Assembly: GCF_006345805.1 (NCBI RefSeq)
Contig: NC_043005.1
Span: 28,210,001-28,274,000 of the forward strand
DNA length: 64,000 bases
Direction: 5' to 3'
Source: Octopus sinensis
Lineage: Eukaryota
Part shown: positions 41,142 to 53,693 of the stretch, piece after piece
Layout of the letters: every line of letters starts with the position of its first letter
Numbering within the stretch: position 1 is the stretch's first letter
Translations under genes and position numbers: made by a program
The notes under the pieces: generated by a model
Told to the model about the DNA's origin: nothing
The model's database searches: none
The model's input: the letters and a program-made list of their open reading frames with translations, nothing else

Positions 41142-42430
41142 GTAAGTTACATTTTGTTCAATATGGGAAGCAATGAATCATTTTAGAATGTGTATTATCC
41201 ATTACAAAAATTCATACTGAACTTTACACTTTAGTACAGATGTTAAATTCTTTAATATTGTTGCTGCCATTGTTTTGCTAATATTGGTAACATTGCATTT
41301 AGTTTACATGCTGATTAAGGCTATTTAAGATGGCTACAAGTTCAGTGTCACAGCTTGGTTATTCAGTTGAATAAAGCTTCTGAATTTAGAGGATTGCATG
41401 CTGCTGTGGCTTTGTATTGATAAACATTGCATGATTTGACAATGGTGTAGTCACTGAATAATGAACTTCCACTAAATGACCAGGATATTAGAGAGGCTTG
41501 GCTGTGATGGCTGATATTAAAGAGGCTTGGTTATGATGCAAGATATCAGAGAGGCTTGGCTGTCATTCTTTGTTTCCACAGCTTGAACAATAAATAATGC
41601 TTCTGGGTACTGGTGAAAAACAAAACAAAACAAAAAACTGTTTATTTTATAGTAAATACAATGGCCATACAAAATTGTTAAACTTCATAAATTTGGAGAA
41701 ATGGATTTTAGTAATGTAAGATCTCCAATAATATCCTCAGTTTATCCTGCCAAAAAACTGGAAAATTGTTGGAGTCAGATTCTTATCTGGACATCAAAAT
41801 CTGACTGAAACCCTTCAAACTTATTATCAGAGATGATGTGAATCAGCTTGTGTTTTGTGAATTGGGAGAAAATGGAATTCAAGGGAAAAATACAGAAGAT
41901 GAAGTGATTCAAATGAGCCTCATAGATGTAGAGCAATCATCTGAACATTGTATAAAAGCATTTAAATATCTTCTGTCAGGTTCTTGGAGGCTTAATGTCT
42001 ATATTGAATCCATTCAGGAGTTTCATATGATTTCTAAATTTCAGATGACTTACATGATTGTATAAAATAAGCATCAGTATGTATAACATTTATAGCAAAT
42101 GTGGAATGGCATTAGCCATGATATTTTGTCTCAGAGAAACTTTTCTAAGAGACTTGTATGTTAAAAGACATACATTCTGAACAAGGCTTTGTTCAGAATA
42201 ACAGTGGGTTGCAGTATTTTAATCCACTGCTATTTCAAGTGTGTGTATTAATATAAAATAAGCCTAACCTTAATGATATGACTGAGTCATTTGGTGAGAG
42301 AAGCAAGTATATATCTGGTTCTATATGCTGCTTCTCTAGATATAAACATGCATTGTCAAAATGTTCTGCATTTGATAAAATGTGTTGCAAGGGTAAAAAT
42401 AAATGATCTTTCATACTATATATGAAATCC

Positions 42431-42770
42431 AATATCAACATTAAGATGCAAGTTGACACTGGCAGTCAGATAATTGTGATACCTCAGATCTTCTTGATTG
42501 ATTTGAATAAATTGAAATTAAGGAAGTGTGATGCCAAACTAAAGTAGTTTCATAGGTCACTCATTGCAGTTTCAGATAAGTTTGACACATTAATTGAAAT
42601 ATCTTATGAGAGAATAGAATTTTTGAGTGTCGTTGTGACTGAATGTGGAAAAACAGTTAGTAGGATGCAGTAAGTGTTGATATACCAGTATCAGTTGCTG
42701 GCATTGAAGCTAACATTCTTCTCAAAGGAAATATCAGGCCATGTTATTTTGAACTAAGATCATTAACAAT
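42431..42770 (+). mobile_element. Gypsy-type LTR retrotransposon aspartic protease relic
   Basis: Frame NINIKMQVDTGSQIIVIP...LNKLKLRKCDAKLK*F: retropepsin D-T-G motif; too short between stops to appear in the ORF track. Confidence 0.65.
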
Positions 42771-43799
42771 CCACTTTAACATTAATAATAATGAAGCTGA
42801 GGAAACTAATTAGTGAAGGTCTTTTTAGAAGTTCCTAATGAGGAGGTGAATAAATGGACTTCTACATCAAAGGTTGTTGTGTAAAGCAGATGGAAATCTT
42901 GGAATATGTTATTCTGAAGTGAGATTACCAATCTACATCAAACCATTAGTTGTAATGAAGCTGAGAAAACTAATTAAAAAGGGTATTTTATGAACAGTTC
43001 ATCCTTATGGGAGTAAACTGGCCTCTCTTTTAGTGGTTGTGTGGAAGGTAGATGGAAATCTCAGAATATGTGGAGACTATAACATAGGTGTAAATGGCAG
43101 AATTTGTTCAAATTCTTATTATCTAACTTCAAAAATTGAAATGGCATTTCATTCTCATGTAATATTTTGCTAATTTTAAAATGGTATATATAATTTTTGG
43201 TAAGGAATTAAACCAATCAACCCAATATTTTGATGAGAATCTGAACATATTGTTAAAAATGACATCATCATCATTTAGCATCCATGATCCATGCTGGCAT
43301 GGGTTGGGCGGTTTGAACAGGGCTGGCAAGCTGGGGGCTGCATCAGACTTCAGTCTGATTTGGCATGGGTTCTATGACTGGATGCCCTTCCTAATGCCAA
43401 CCACTTCAAGAGTGTAATAGGTGCTTTTACATGTCACTGGTATGGGTGCCATTTGCATGACACCAGTATCTGCCATGACTGTGATTTTACTAGACTTGAC
43501 GGGTCTTCTCAAGAACATCATATTGCAAAAGGTCTCAGTCATTTGTCATTGCCTCCATGAGGCCCAGCGCTCAAAAGGTGCTCTTTATGTGCCACCGGCA
43601 CAGGTGCTAGTATGCAACATTGGCATCAGCCACATTGCCTCCGTGAGAATATCATTTATTGGTATGATGTAGACATTAGTGGGGAAGCTGTTGAAAGTTC
43701 ACATTACAAAGTAGATAAGAGCATAAAAGGGTTGAAATTATCAAGCTTTATTATTAATTATGAATGTGAATGAATCTGAAATTACTTCATACAGTGTAG

Positions 43800-44975
43800 A
43801 CATGACTTCAAGAAATTAAAGCATGAATATATTTGGATATAGCTGATACTTGTTGAGGCATACTCTTAATAGCCAAGAGCAATTACAGTTAATAATAAAG
43901 AAAGCAGAAACAGTTAGGCTAGTATCCAGAACAGGAATGGCTTGTGAAAGCTTTGTATGCCATGTACATAGATGCCATCTTGTAAAGTGAGAATTAGCAA
44001 AGGGTTCAACGAAGAATCCAGCATGTGGGTAGGTGTCCATTAGGGCTCAATTCTGAGTTCCTTCTTATTCTTCAGATGACAAGAGAATAGTTTAAAACTT
44101 TAAGACTGGCTGTTCATGGAAAGCTCTGTATGCTGGTGGTTTAATTTTCTCAGTTGTTGAAGAATCAAGGAAGAATTTCCACTTATGAAAGCAAAACCTG
44201 ATGTCTTCAAGTAAATCTGTCAAAGGCAAAAAGTTTTAGTTAACAGGAAAAAAAACAGAACTCTACTACCACCTGGAAAGGGACCATGTTTGATATGTAG
44301 AAAAGGAATAGGGTGGAATACCATATGGGTGCACAGCAAATGTAGTGGGATCAAAAACATGCTGGCAGTGTAGAAGGACTTTGTAAATAGCAAATCAGAT
44401 GCACAGGAATAATTAACAATAAATGCTTGAAGGGTTCTTTAGAAGAACTTGATAGCTTCTGTTACCTAGGTGGGGGACCTAATTAGTAGTGGAAGAGGAT
44501 ATTTTGAAAGTATAGGGAACCAGAATGGGGTGAGAATAGTTCTTTGAGTTTTTATTTCTGCTGACACTAAAGAAAATCTCTCTCCAAGTGAACACAGATA
44601 TATTTGTGTATGAAGTGTAATGTTGATAAACATGGTATTGAATGTAAATGTTATGCAAAGGCTAGAAAGAAATGATGCAAGCATGCTCCACTGAATATGA
44701 AATGTTAGTGTGCACGAATGGCTGAGCAGAAACAAGCCAAGAGAAAAACTGTTTATAACAAGAATCAGTCATGGTGTGCAAGAGAGAGAATATTAAATCA
44801 GTGTGATGTCTGGTGGTTGGATAAAAGAAGGGCCAAACCATTCAAGTGGAAGGAAGCTGTGGAAAAGGAAAACTAAAGAGAAGACATAGGAAGAAGTGGT
44901 GGATGCTCATCTCAAGATACTGAACCTCATAAAGGAGGTCACAAATGACTGCATTAAAAGGACAAGACATTGCTG
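43800..44975 (+). mobile_element. Degenerate RTE LINE RT/C-terminal region
   Basis: 'KVRISKGFNEESSMWVGVH*GSILS', 'KTGCSWKALYAGGL' (YADD relic), 'PCLICRKGIG', 'DSFCYLG'; many stops. Confidence 0.7.
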
Positions 44976-45681
44976 TTGCAACAGAGGTGTTAGTGGTGGC
45001 AGCAACTGTTGTTGTTGTTGCTGTTGCTGCTGTTATTTTGGTTCTCTATTTAAAATATTAGATATTTCATCTTCATGCAACAAGCTAACATACCCAGTTT
45101 TTATTTGTCTCATATATCAAACCATCGTTGTGCATTCTCTTACAAACCCAGACAATATTATATCATATTCAGCCTTGCCGTGAACATTTTCTCAGTCTTT
45201 TATGTGAGATAAAGAATACCTGTCATTTAAGCTCATACATCCCTCTAGCCATCCAACACCCCTGAACATGGATCATTCTTGCTGTATCAATTGTTAGAAA
45301 TAATAGCGCCATGCAGTATATCGTTAGCCAGCTGCTTAATTAATATGATTATGGACTATGTTGAATGCAACTACCATCTCTGCAATTATTTCTTCCACAA
45401 ACTAAATCCTGCTGATAAAGAACATATGTGATGATCATGACTGGAACTCCCCACCTCCTTGATTATAATTCTTCTCTGTCAGCATTGACTAGTTGCTAAA
45501 CAACATCAACACACACACACACACACACACTTCCACTCATTCATCTTCATTCTCTCTCTCACACACGCAAATATACACATTCACACATCTGCCATATCTT
45601 ATGACTTTACTGCATGATAAATCAGTTATAAGTAATTAAATAGTAAATTAATTAATCTGTTCATTAATTAATTTATTCCAG

Positions 45682-45731
45682 TTGCTAGTTCTACCAGTTC
45701 TGACCAGACATATGATGATATTGGGAATACG
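45682..45731 (+). CDS. FYB: FYB-like exon (50 nt, phase 1->0): (V)ASSTSSDQTYDDIGNT
   Basis: Acceptor atttattccag, donor gtaagt; encodes YDDI, similar to ADAP YDDV SH2-docking motifs. Confidence 0.8.
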
Positions 45732-45841
45732 GTAAGTAGTGTGTGTGTGTGAATATGTGTGCGCACATGTAAATATATGTATGTATGGTGGTGGTAAGAA
45801 AGATTAAGTTGGAAATTTTGAATATCAATCCCTTTTTCAAT

Positions 45842-46115
45842 ATGTACATTATTTACATTTGATGGATATTTGTCCTCATCTTGTTTGTTGTTAACACAAC
45901 GTTTCGGCTGATATATCCTCCAGCCTTCATCCAGTGTCTTGGGGAAATTTCAAACCACCATCACCACTACCACCACCATCATTCAGGTCACTGCCTGGAA
46001 TCGAACTCGGAATCTTGGGGTTAGTAGCCCACACTCTTAACCACTAGGCCATATGCCCATGGGCAAGTGTAAAAATAATGTACATAGTTCCTCATCTCTT
46101 AAATATAGAACTGTA
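45842..46115 (-). mobile_element. Same tRNA-head/hammerhead-tail family, foldback form with most of the right arm deleted
   Basis: Reverse-complement tail and head, then atatgcccatgggca, then the terminal piece ...cctcatctcttaaatatagaactgta. Confidence 0.65.
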
Positions 46116-46526
46116 CAATCTCTTTTTGTCTGTCTGTCTGTTTGTCTGTCTCTCTCATGTGTGTGTTTGTAATACAAACAAACAAAAAAATTAATTTTGC
46201 AACTTGGCAATAAACCCTTAAATAAGATATAAATACATATTACAGTAGTTAATTGGCAGGGATGGGGAGTGTCACTCTAAATATTGGTTGATATTTCTGG
46301 AGACTCTGATGCAAACCAAACAATAATGAGTTATTCTGGTAACAATCCAAAATGTCTCCGGTTCTTAATATTGTTGAGAGGTTTCTCACTGAGTTTCCAC
46401 AACTCTTCACAATCTCCACTGTTGGTAAAAGGCACGTGTGAAACTGCAGGATATTTTTTTATTATTATTATTATTGTCTTCTTCTTAATCAAAATGGCAA
46501 ATTGAGGTGACATATCACAGCAAGAG

Positions 46527-46584
<58 letters not shown>

Positions 46585-46728
46585 TGTGTGTGCGTGTGTG
46601 CATTTGTGTGTATGTAGTTATACATGGGAAGGTGTAGAATATCTGGCAATCTGACAACAAACAAACCTTTAACTGCACCAGATGCACTGCAGTAGCTGAC
46701 AATGTGAACTACTTGGATAGTTTATATA

Positions 46729-46782
<54 letters not shown>

Positions 46783-46971
46783 CATACATACACACACCTT
46801 GGCGATATAATTAGTACAGGAAGTGGAGCTAATGATAGCTGAACAACTTATCTCAGAGCGATGAGAATATGAAGTTTAGAGACTTGCTATTTCTGAAACA
46901 AATATTTTCTATGTACCTCGTTCTCTGTCTTTCTCCTTTTCTAGCCCTTTGTCCTCTATGTTCTCTCTGTC

Positions 46972-47019
<48 letters not shown>

Positions 47020-47751
47020 TCTCACACACAGATGTGAGGTAGTGCATGGCAGCAAAATATGGCTAGAAATACAGAGGATTATAACATGTGGTGTTTTGTA
47101 AGATGTGTGATGGTGTACAGTAGTGAAGCACTGACAGTAAATGTAGAAGACTATGTCATGTGATTGTGGTGAAACATGAACAATGAATATAGAAGGCTAC
47201 ATGTGATGTGATAAGATGTGTGGTGGTGTTTGACAGTGAATTTAGAGGATTGTATGTGTTGAATGTAAGATATTTGATGGCGTATTGTACTGGAACCTGT
47301 AGAGAAAACTCAATGGTGGATTTTGAGGGTTTCCAGTTATTGAGGAAAGAAATTATATGATCCACTGGATGTGAAATGTTGATTTAAATCTGAACTGAGA
47401 CAGTGTTTGTGTCTCAGGTGATTGGAAGATATCAACTGGGTGAAGCTATCTTTGGAGCTTCACATTGGATGTTAATCAGCTGTAAAGATGGAAAATGAAG
47501 TGTTTAATAGTTTGTTGTCAGTTGAGAATATTGGAGCTCAAGGATACAGCTATAAAATGAAAATGAAAGAGTGTATATTTACAGATCTGTCCAACCCATA
47601 GCAATGGAGAAAATTGACTCGCAACATTACAAAATGACAATGTCCATAATGATACCTGTGTGTGTGTGTTCTTACACATATGTATATACATTTGTATGCA
47701 TGAACCTCTTCAACACTTTCCTCTAACTCTACCCATTCTTTTCCATTTCAG

Positions 47752-47795
47752 CCAAGAGTTGATGAAAGTGACGATGCATATGATGACTTAACTGA
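47752..47795 (+). CDS. FYB: FYB-like exon (44 nt, phase 0->2): PRVDESDDAYDDLT
   Basis: Acceptor cattcttttccatttcag, donor gtaagt; acidic YDDL motif. Confidence 0.8.
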
Positions 47796-48374
47796 GTAAG
47801 TAATCTTTTACCACCATTATTGTCACCTGTGATACAGTTTTACCCCATCCCCCACCCCACCCCACTTACTCATTTCAGGTCACATAATTAATGTTCTGCT
47901 GATCTGCAATGCATGCACATTATATAAAGCATTAAATACTGGTCATGTCTTTGGTGGTAGTTTTTGTATTTGTGTATGTCGAACTCTTTTGTTGTTTTGA
48001 CAAATGAAAGTTTAGCAAGGCACAGCTGCCCAGTGGTCTTAATCACTGGACTTATGAAAATGTGTGATGGCATTAGTGTCTTGGTTTGCTGAATAACCGA
48101 CACAATGAATATTATTAAAATGGACGTAATTGTGCAGAGCCATTCCCATTCTCTTCTCCTTGAAACTTGTATTGGTTTGGTGCAACTAGTGAACATGAGC
48201 CAAGTATTTTATCAGGATGCAGGAATTGCATGGAGTTACCTTCTCTTTGTTGCAGCAGCTAAAGAGCTGAAGGGCCTCATCTGCCCTGACTCTGTTGGAG
48301 TGTCTGTAAATGACATTCTTCCAGAGGTTCTTTTGTGTATGTGTAGGTGTATATATATATGTGTGTGTGTGTGC

Positions 48375-48806
48375 AGTTGAAATTTACAGGAAGACAAAAG
48401 ACAAAGATAGGTGTATAAACAACAACCAGGTGTATTAGTTCGATGTTCAGAAAGGTGAGAAAGTCTTTTACATTTTGAGCCTACACTCTTCAACAGAAAG
48501 GAAAGCAAGAAAATAAGCAGAGTAAGAAAAAATAGAAAATTCAAAAAATTCGAAAAAGTTCAAACATTGTGGTGTATTGGAGCGATTTTTCATGAACAGA
48601 AAATTCCAGTGAAATCCATAAGTATATCCAGTAGTAATATATATATTAAAACTTTTTTGATTCTCTCACTGTTTATTTTCTCATGTTCCTTTCTGTTGAA
48701 GAGCATAGGCTCGAAACGTAAAGGACTTTCTCACCTTCTCGAGCATTAAACTAATACACTTGTTTGTTGTTTACACACCTGTCTTCATCTTTTGTAAATT
48801 CCAGCT
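48375..48806. mobile_element. Inverted pair of a second Penelope-like terminal repeat family (a further copy at about 10270-10437)
   Basis: About 48375-48530 is the reverse complement of about 48655-48806; mirror peptides FLLKS(V/I)GSK in the ORF track. The PLE assignment is inferred from the inverted arrangement and the hammerhead-like motif. Confidence 0.5.
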
Positions 48807-49143
48807 ATATATATATATATACATAGACAGACTCACCTATGTATGTCTGAGTAACTAGATGTGTGTATGTGCATGTTTTTTTTACATCTGAGTTCCTCCT
48901 AAAGTCTCTGAGCTGCAAGTTATAATGATGTTGTTATTTTCCCTGTCAACAAATTATCCACTGTCTTTGCACTTTTGAAGATGTGTGAAATAAGAGATCT
49001 CCCACCTGCAAACAAGGGTTAATGACAGGAAGTTTGCATCTGGCTGTAAAACAATGCTTCAGTGTTATAGTCATCTACTCAATGCCAGCATGGAAAAATG
49101 GATGCAAAAACAAATGAATAAACTACACTTTAACTCTCAACAT

Positions 49144-49911
49144 TATTTTATTTTATATCATTTGCCATAAAGGCAGTACACAGATATGTATGTAGCTTTG
49201 CAGGCTGGACAAGACATTAATGAGGCGAATGATAATTATATAAGATGATAAAGATGGGAGAAGACAGAAAGCGCCCGCCGACCCTCTGCTTCTCTAAAAC
49301 ATTATTTGTTAAAAAACAACATATATATATGTTGGTATTTAAACCTCTTACAAATATATACAAAAAAATTGGACTAGAAGTTCATCACAAAGGAAACAAA
49401 ATTTATACATATGGAGGCAATAAACCTCTTATATTACTCCCTCAATTAACTCGTTTGCGGCCTGCAGGTATTCCTGCAACCACCAATTGGAGCCCAAAAA
49501 AAGTAATCTGTATTCTTCCCTTGGGAAGGATCTTGATCTGTGGAAAAAATCTTTTCTTTACAGTACCAGTGCAGCCACCTGCGAAGGCCACTCTGGACTG
49601 TCAATAAAAATCGGGTCCATCAGAACCCGACTATCAAGATTATTTGCCACATACTCCTCAATCGCCCCTCCCCTGCGATAGAGGAATACAAATTCCTCGC
49701 CACTTTCATTGAGAGGAACCTCAACTACCTCGCTCAGTGGCACACATCCCACCGACAAGGTTTCCTTCTTCTCCTCCTCCGGTGGCACACATCCCACCGA
49801 AGGGATTTCGGGACATGCCATCACCTGCAATGCCCCGTTTTTCTTTTTCTTCTTCTTTCTTTTCCCCTTTGCGACGGGAGGGTGGAGTTCCTCCGACATG
49901 TCCAGAGGTCC
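49144..49911 (-). mobile_element. Retroposed insert (retrocopy or non-autonomous retroelement) with an intact 113-aa ORF at 49558-49899
   Basis: Exact 16-bp direct repeat ctttaactctcaacat at 49128-49143 and 49912-49927; A-rich 3' end (…tataaaataaaata) on the minus strand; more GC/CpG-rich than the flanks. Confidence 0.8.
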
Positions 49912-50304
49912 CTTTAACTCTCAACATACTTATATGCAGCAAGGTAGACAGTACTATTGACAGTTTAGTGTGTTGGTCATGGACACAGCACAACAAACTA
50001 AACCACACTTTGATGCCTATTTGCATGCAGCTAATTAAACTGGACTGTTAATAGTTGTGTCTTAGTCATGGACACAGTAGAGTAAACTCTACCACACTTT
50101 GGAACCTGCTGACTGCTAAGTGGACTTTTGGAATCATATAATACCTGGTACAACTGAAGTATGACATCTGACATGCTTTTGTTCCTCTAAGCCATTCCCT
50201 ACATTATACTGCCTTTAAGAAAAATATGGTCACATGACTAATTTTGTTAATTTCTGCTTGACCTTTCCTCATTTTTAACCTTTCCTGTTTGACCTCTTCT
50301 CTAG

Positions 50305-50392
50305 CTTCCAGGAAAATGAAAAGAAACGAGAGAAGGAACAGAAGGAACGGCGAGATAAAGAAGAGAAGAAAAGGAAAGAAAAAGAAGAGAAG
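50305..50392 (+). CDS. FYB: FYB-like exon (88 nt, phase 2->0): (D)FQENEKKREKEQKERRDKEEKKRKEKEEK
   Basis: Acceptor gacctcttctctag, donor gttagt; Lys/Glu-rich helix like the one preceding the first hSH3 of ADAP. Confidence 0.85.
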
Positions 50393-50761
50393 GTTAGTGT
50401 GTACATGTGTGTGTTTATTTTACATAGTTGGAAACTAAACAGTCAGTGATCCATGGTTGTATCTATCACTGGCTGAGTTGTGATGTTCATGGACCTCTCA
50501 TGGGTATTAATACAAGTTAGTTGTCATTGTTAAATGGAATTGGTTTGTAGGTTCAGTTACTCAAGAGATGATGATTTCTCATAACCTTGGAATTTTCACT
50601 GATTGGAATAAATCTTAATAAGTAACAACCAGAGGGTTATAGATAGATAGATAGGAAGGTAGGCAGGCAACAGGCAGGCAGGCAGGCAAACAGACAGACA
50701 GGAAGGTAGGCAGGCAGGCAGGCAGATAGACAGATAGAGAGATAGACAGATAGAGAGATAG

Positions 50762-50823
<62 letters not shown>

Positions 50824-53312
50824 GGAGATAGAGAGAGAGATAGATCAATAGATAAAGAGAGAATTGGTTGTGGTGGAGGAGGAGGAGAATAATGTTAGCT
50901 GGTACCCTCAGTTCAGCTCTTATCAAGCAGACCTATCATCAGAGGTATTCCAATCATGACCTTCCTGTCATTCAGTGTAATTTAGAACATTATCCAGTAT
51001 GTTCTTACTTCTTTTTTTGAGAAGATACCATGCAATTTGTGAGAGATTTAACTGCTATTTCTAATAGTTTCAGTGGCTACATCGAGTCTCCTTCATTTTG
51101 GCTTGGTGTTTAATTAGTAACTACAGCTGCAGACTGAGAGAGATGGGATCAGCTCATAAGGAATAGGATTCAGAGGATTTTTACTTGTAGTAACTACTAT
51201 TACTACTGCTACTGCTGCTGCTACTACTTTATACAATGTTACCAGCAGCTGTAAATTACACATGATTGATAAAAGTTGATAGAAAAAAAGAAAATTGCAG
51301 TGAGTTGATTTGCTGAGAAGAGAGAAAACATTCATTTTCGACTTTTATTCTTCTTTGCAGAAAGAGAGAGAGAGATTATAGAAAGCAATAGCAGGAGTTG
51401 GTCTGAGAAAGGTGAAGGAGAGGAAAATATGGATTTGTAGGTGTGGGGAGTGAAGGGGAAAAGGACAGTATGCATAGGGTGGGAGGAAGTAAAGTGAGAA
51501 GCTTCCTATCATTTTAGTTCTGTTAAAATTTCTAGGAGAGCCAGGTTAGAGAGAGATAGACAGACAGACAGACAGAGAGTTGAGGGCAGAGTGAAGAAAA
51601 ATGTACAATAAGATATGAACATTTAAAGTCAGAGAAGTAGGAAGATATAAAAGTGGTTTGTTGAAAATATATAATGAACTCTGAAGAGGGTAAAGAATTG
51701 TAAGAATGAAAAAAATGGTATTTTCGGAAGGGAGACAGGCAAATGTAATGGTCTGAGATAAAATGTAGGGAGGATCAATTATGGCTGACCTGAGGCTAAA
51801 CAACAACATATATTAGGTGATGTGCAGTCAAGATTGGTGAGTGATGTTGATCCATAAAGTGTGTGGTGGGGCCTAGTGGAACAGTTGCATAAGAGATGAA
51901 GGGAGAAGCAAGGTCACATAGTTGGCAACATTTGGAAATGTTAGGTTGAGCATGTCTGGGAGAGAGTAAGAGAAGCACTGGTTATGAGGTCAGAGTTTTA
52001 ATCATCTTTGCAGGATAGAGGTAGAAAGTCAGGAAAGGCAAGAGTGAAAACAAGATTTGGTTGATTGAGAGCAGAAGGAGGATATTCTAAATCATCGAGT
52101 AGCAGGATGAGGTTAGAATTTGGTAGTTTCACTAGTTAGAGGCTGACTTTGCCTTACATCCTTTCGGGGTTGATAAAATAAGTGCCATTGGGGTCCTCCC
52201 CTAAAATTGCTGCCAAAATTTGAAGGCAATTTTTATTAACTCCCACCCCACCCTCTCAGTTCAAATGGGATTTTTAGTCATGTGAGCTCATGGTGGCATC
52301 ACAAGTGTAGATGCCATGAAAAATACACTCCTCAATGTAGTTGCTGATTACTTCACTTGAACATCATCCCACAAAACATAAGGGTTCCAATACATCTAAG
52401 AAACAACTGGACATTCTTTATGTATCTTTTTGCAAAAAGACATAAAGGGAATCAAAGTTCTTCATTCACTGCTAATCAACCACAAAACAAAGAATGCCTC
52501 CACAATGATGGGGACGCTGCAATATGGTTTATGGTGAAAGATCAATGTATTTATACATTTTATATATATATTTATGAATATGTATTTATATTCTTTTATC
52601 TATATAAATAAGTACTGGGGTCGATACATTTGACTAAAAATGCTTCAGTTGTGATACCTGTGCCTGTGACACATTGGGCTTCACAGTGGAAATGATAAAA
52701 GACCAAGACCTCTGAGATATGCTGTGACTGCGAAGACCCGACAAATGAAGTGAGTTCATGGCTCACAGGACGGCCTGCTGTGGTAACTTTGGATCGTAGA
52801 GTGAACCGTTGTGCTTGAGGAGACCTTATTGAGTCAAGTATCTCAACATCAAAATAAATATCAAATGGAAATTATAGTTATGATACCCCTGCCAGTGGCA
52901 CATAAAAAGCACCATCTGAACGTGGCGGATGCCAGCGCTTCCTGACTGGCATCCGTGTCGGTTACACGTAAAAAGCACCAACCGATTGTGGCTATTTGCC
53001 AGCCTCCTCTGGCCCCTGTGCTGGTGGCACGTAAAAAGCACCCACTACACTCACGGAGTGGTTGGCATTAGGCAGGGCATCCAGCTGTAGAAACAGTTAG
53101 ATCAGACTGGAGCCTGGCATAGCCTCCTGGCTTCCCAGACCCTGGTTGAACTGTCCAACCCATGCTAGCATGGAAAACGGACGTTAAACGATGATGATGA
53201 TGATGTGGTGACTCAGAATGACTGAAACAAGTGAAAGATAAAAGATGTATTTGAGGAAATTAGAAATTATTTGTGTAACTTTATCACTTATATTGTATTT
53301 TTTTTTTCAAAG

Positions 53313-53363
53313 GAGAGGAGAAAGCAAGAGAAAGAAGAAAAGAAAATGCGGGCCAAACTTAAA
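53313..53363 (+). CDS. FYB: FYB-like exon (51 nt, phase 0->0): ERRKQEKEEKKMRAKLK
   Basis: Acceptor ttttttttttcaaag, donor gtaggt; corresponds to ADAP 'EKEKKEQEIKKKFKL'. Confidence 0.85.
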
Positions 53364-53693
53364 GTAGGTAACCCTTTATTCACTGCCTTTTACTATTTTC
53401 CTGTTTCTTTGAACCCTAATCTGAAACGTCAACCCTTTACACCTGTAACTCTGTCTATTGAACCAATGTCTTCAACTCTTTTCCAACAGAGAGTATTATT
53501 CACATTTACTGCACGCCCACCTCACCTACCACAACATAGCCTGACTCTTGAACTCTCTACTCTCCATCAACTCCTTGTAATTTGTCTTCAGTCTTGAACT
53601 CCCTACCAACATACCACACACAGCTTCACTTATATTACAAGACATGGAGAAGGGCTAGAATTTGACTTTATGGAAAAATAACATCCTTGTATT

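Noticed and set aside
49245-50051. Plus-strand ORFs overlapping the retro-insert
   Set aside because: Opposite to the orientation implied by the A-rich tail, and some cross the TSD boundary; likely shadows of GC-rich sequence.
51400-52130. Possible L2/CR1 endonuclease relic on the minus strand
   Set aside because: Only faint motif resemblance; too degenerate to support without a profile search.
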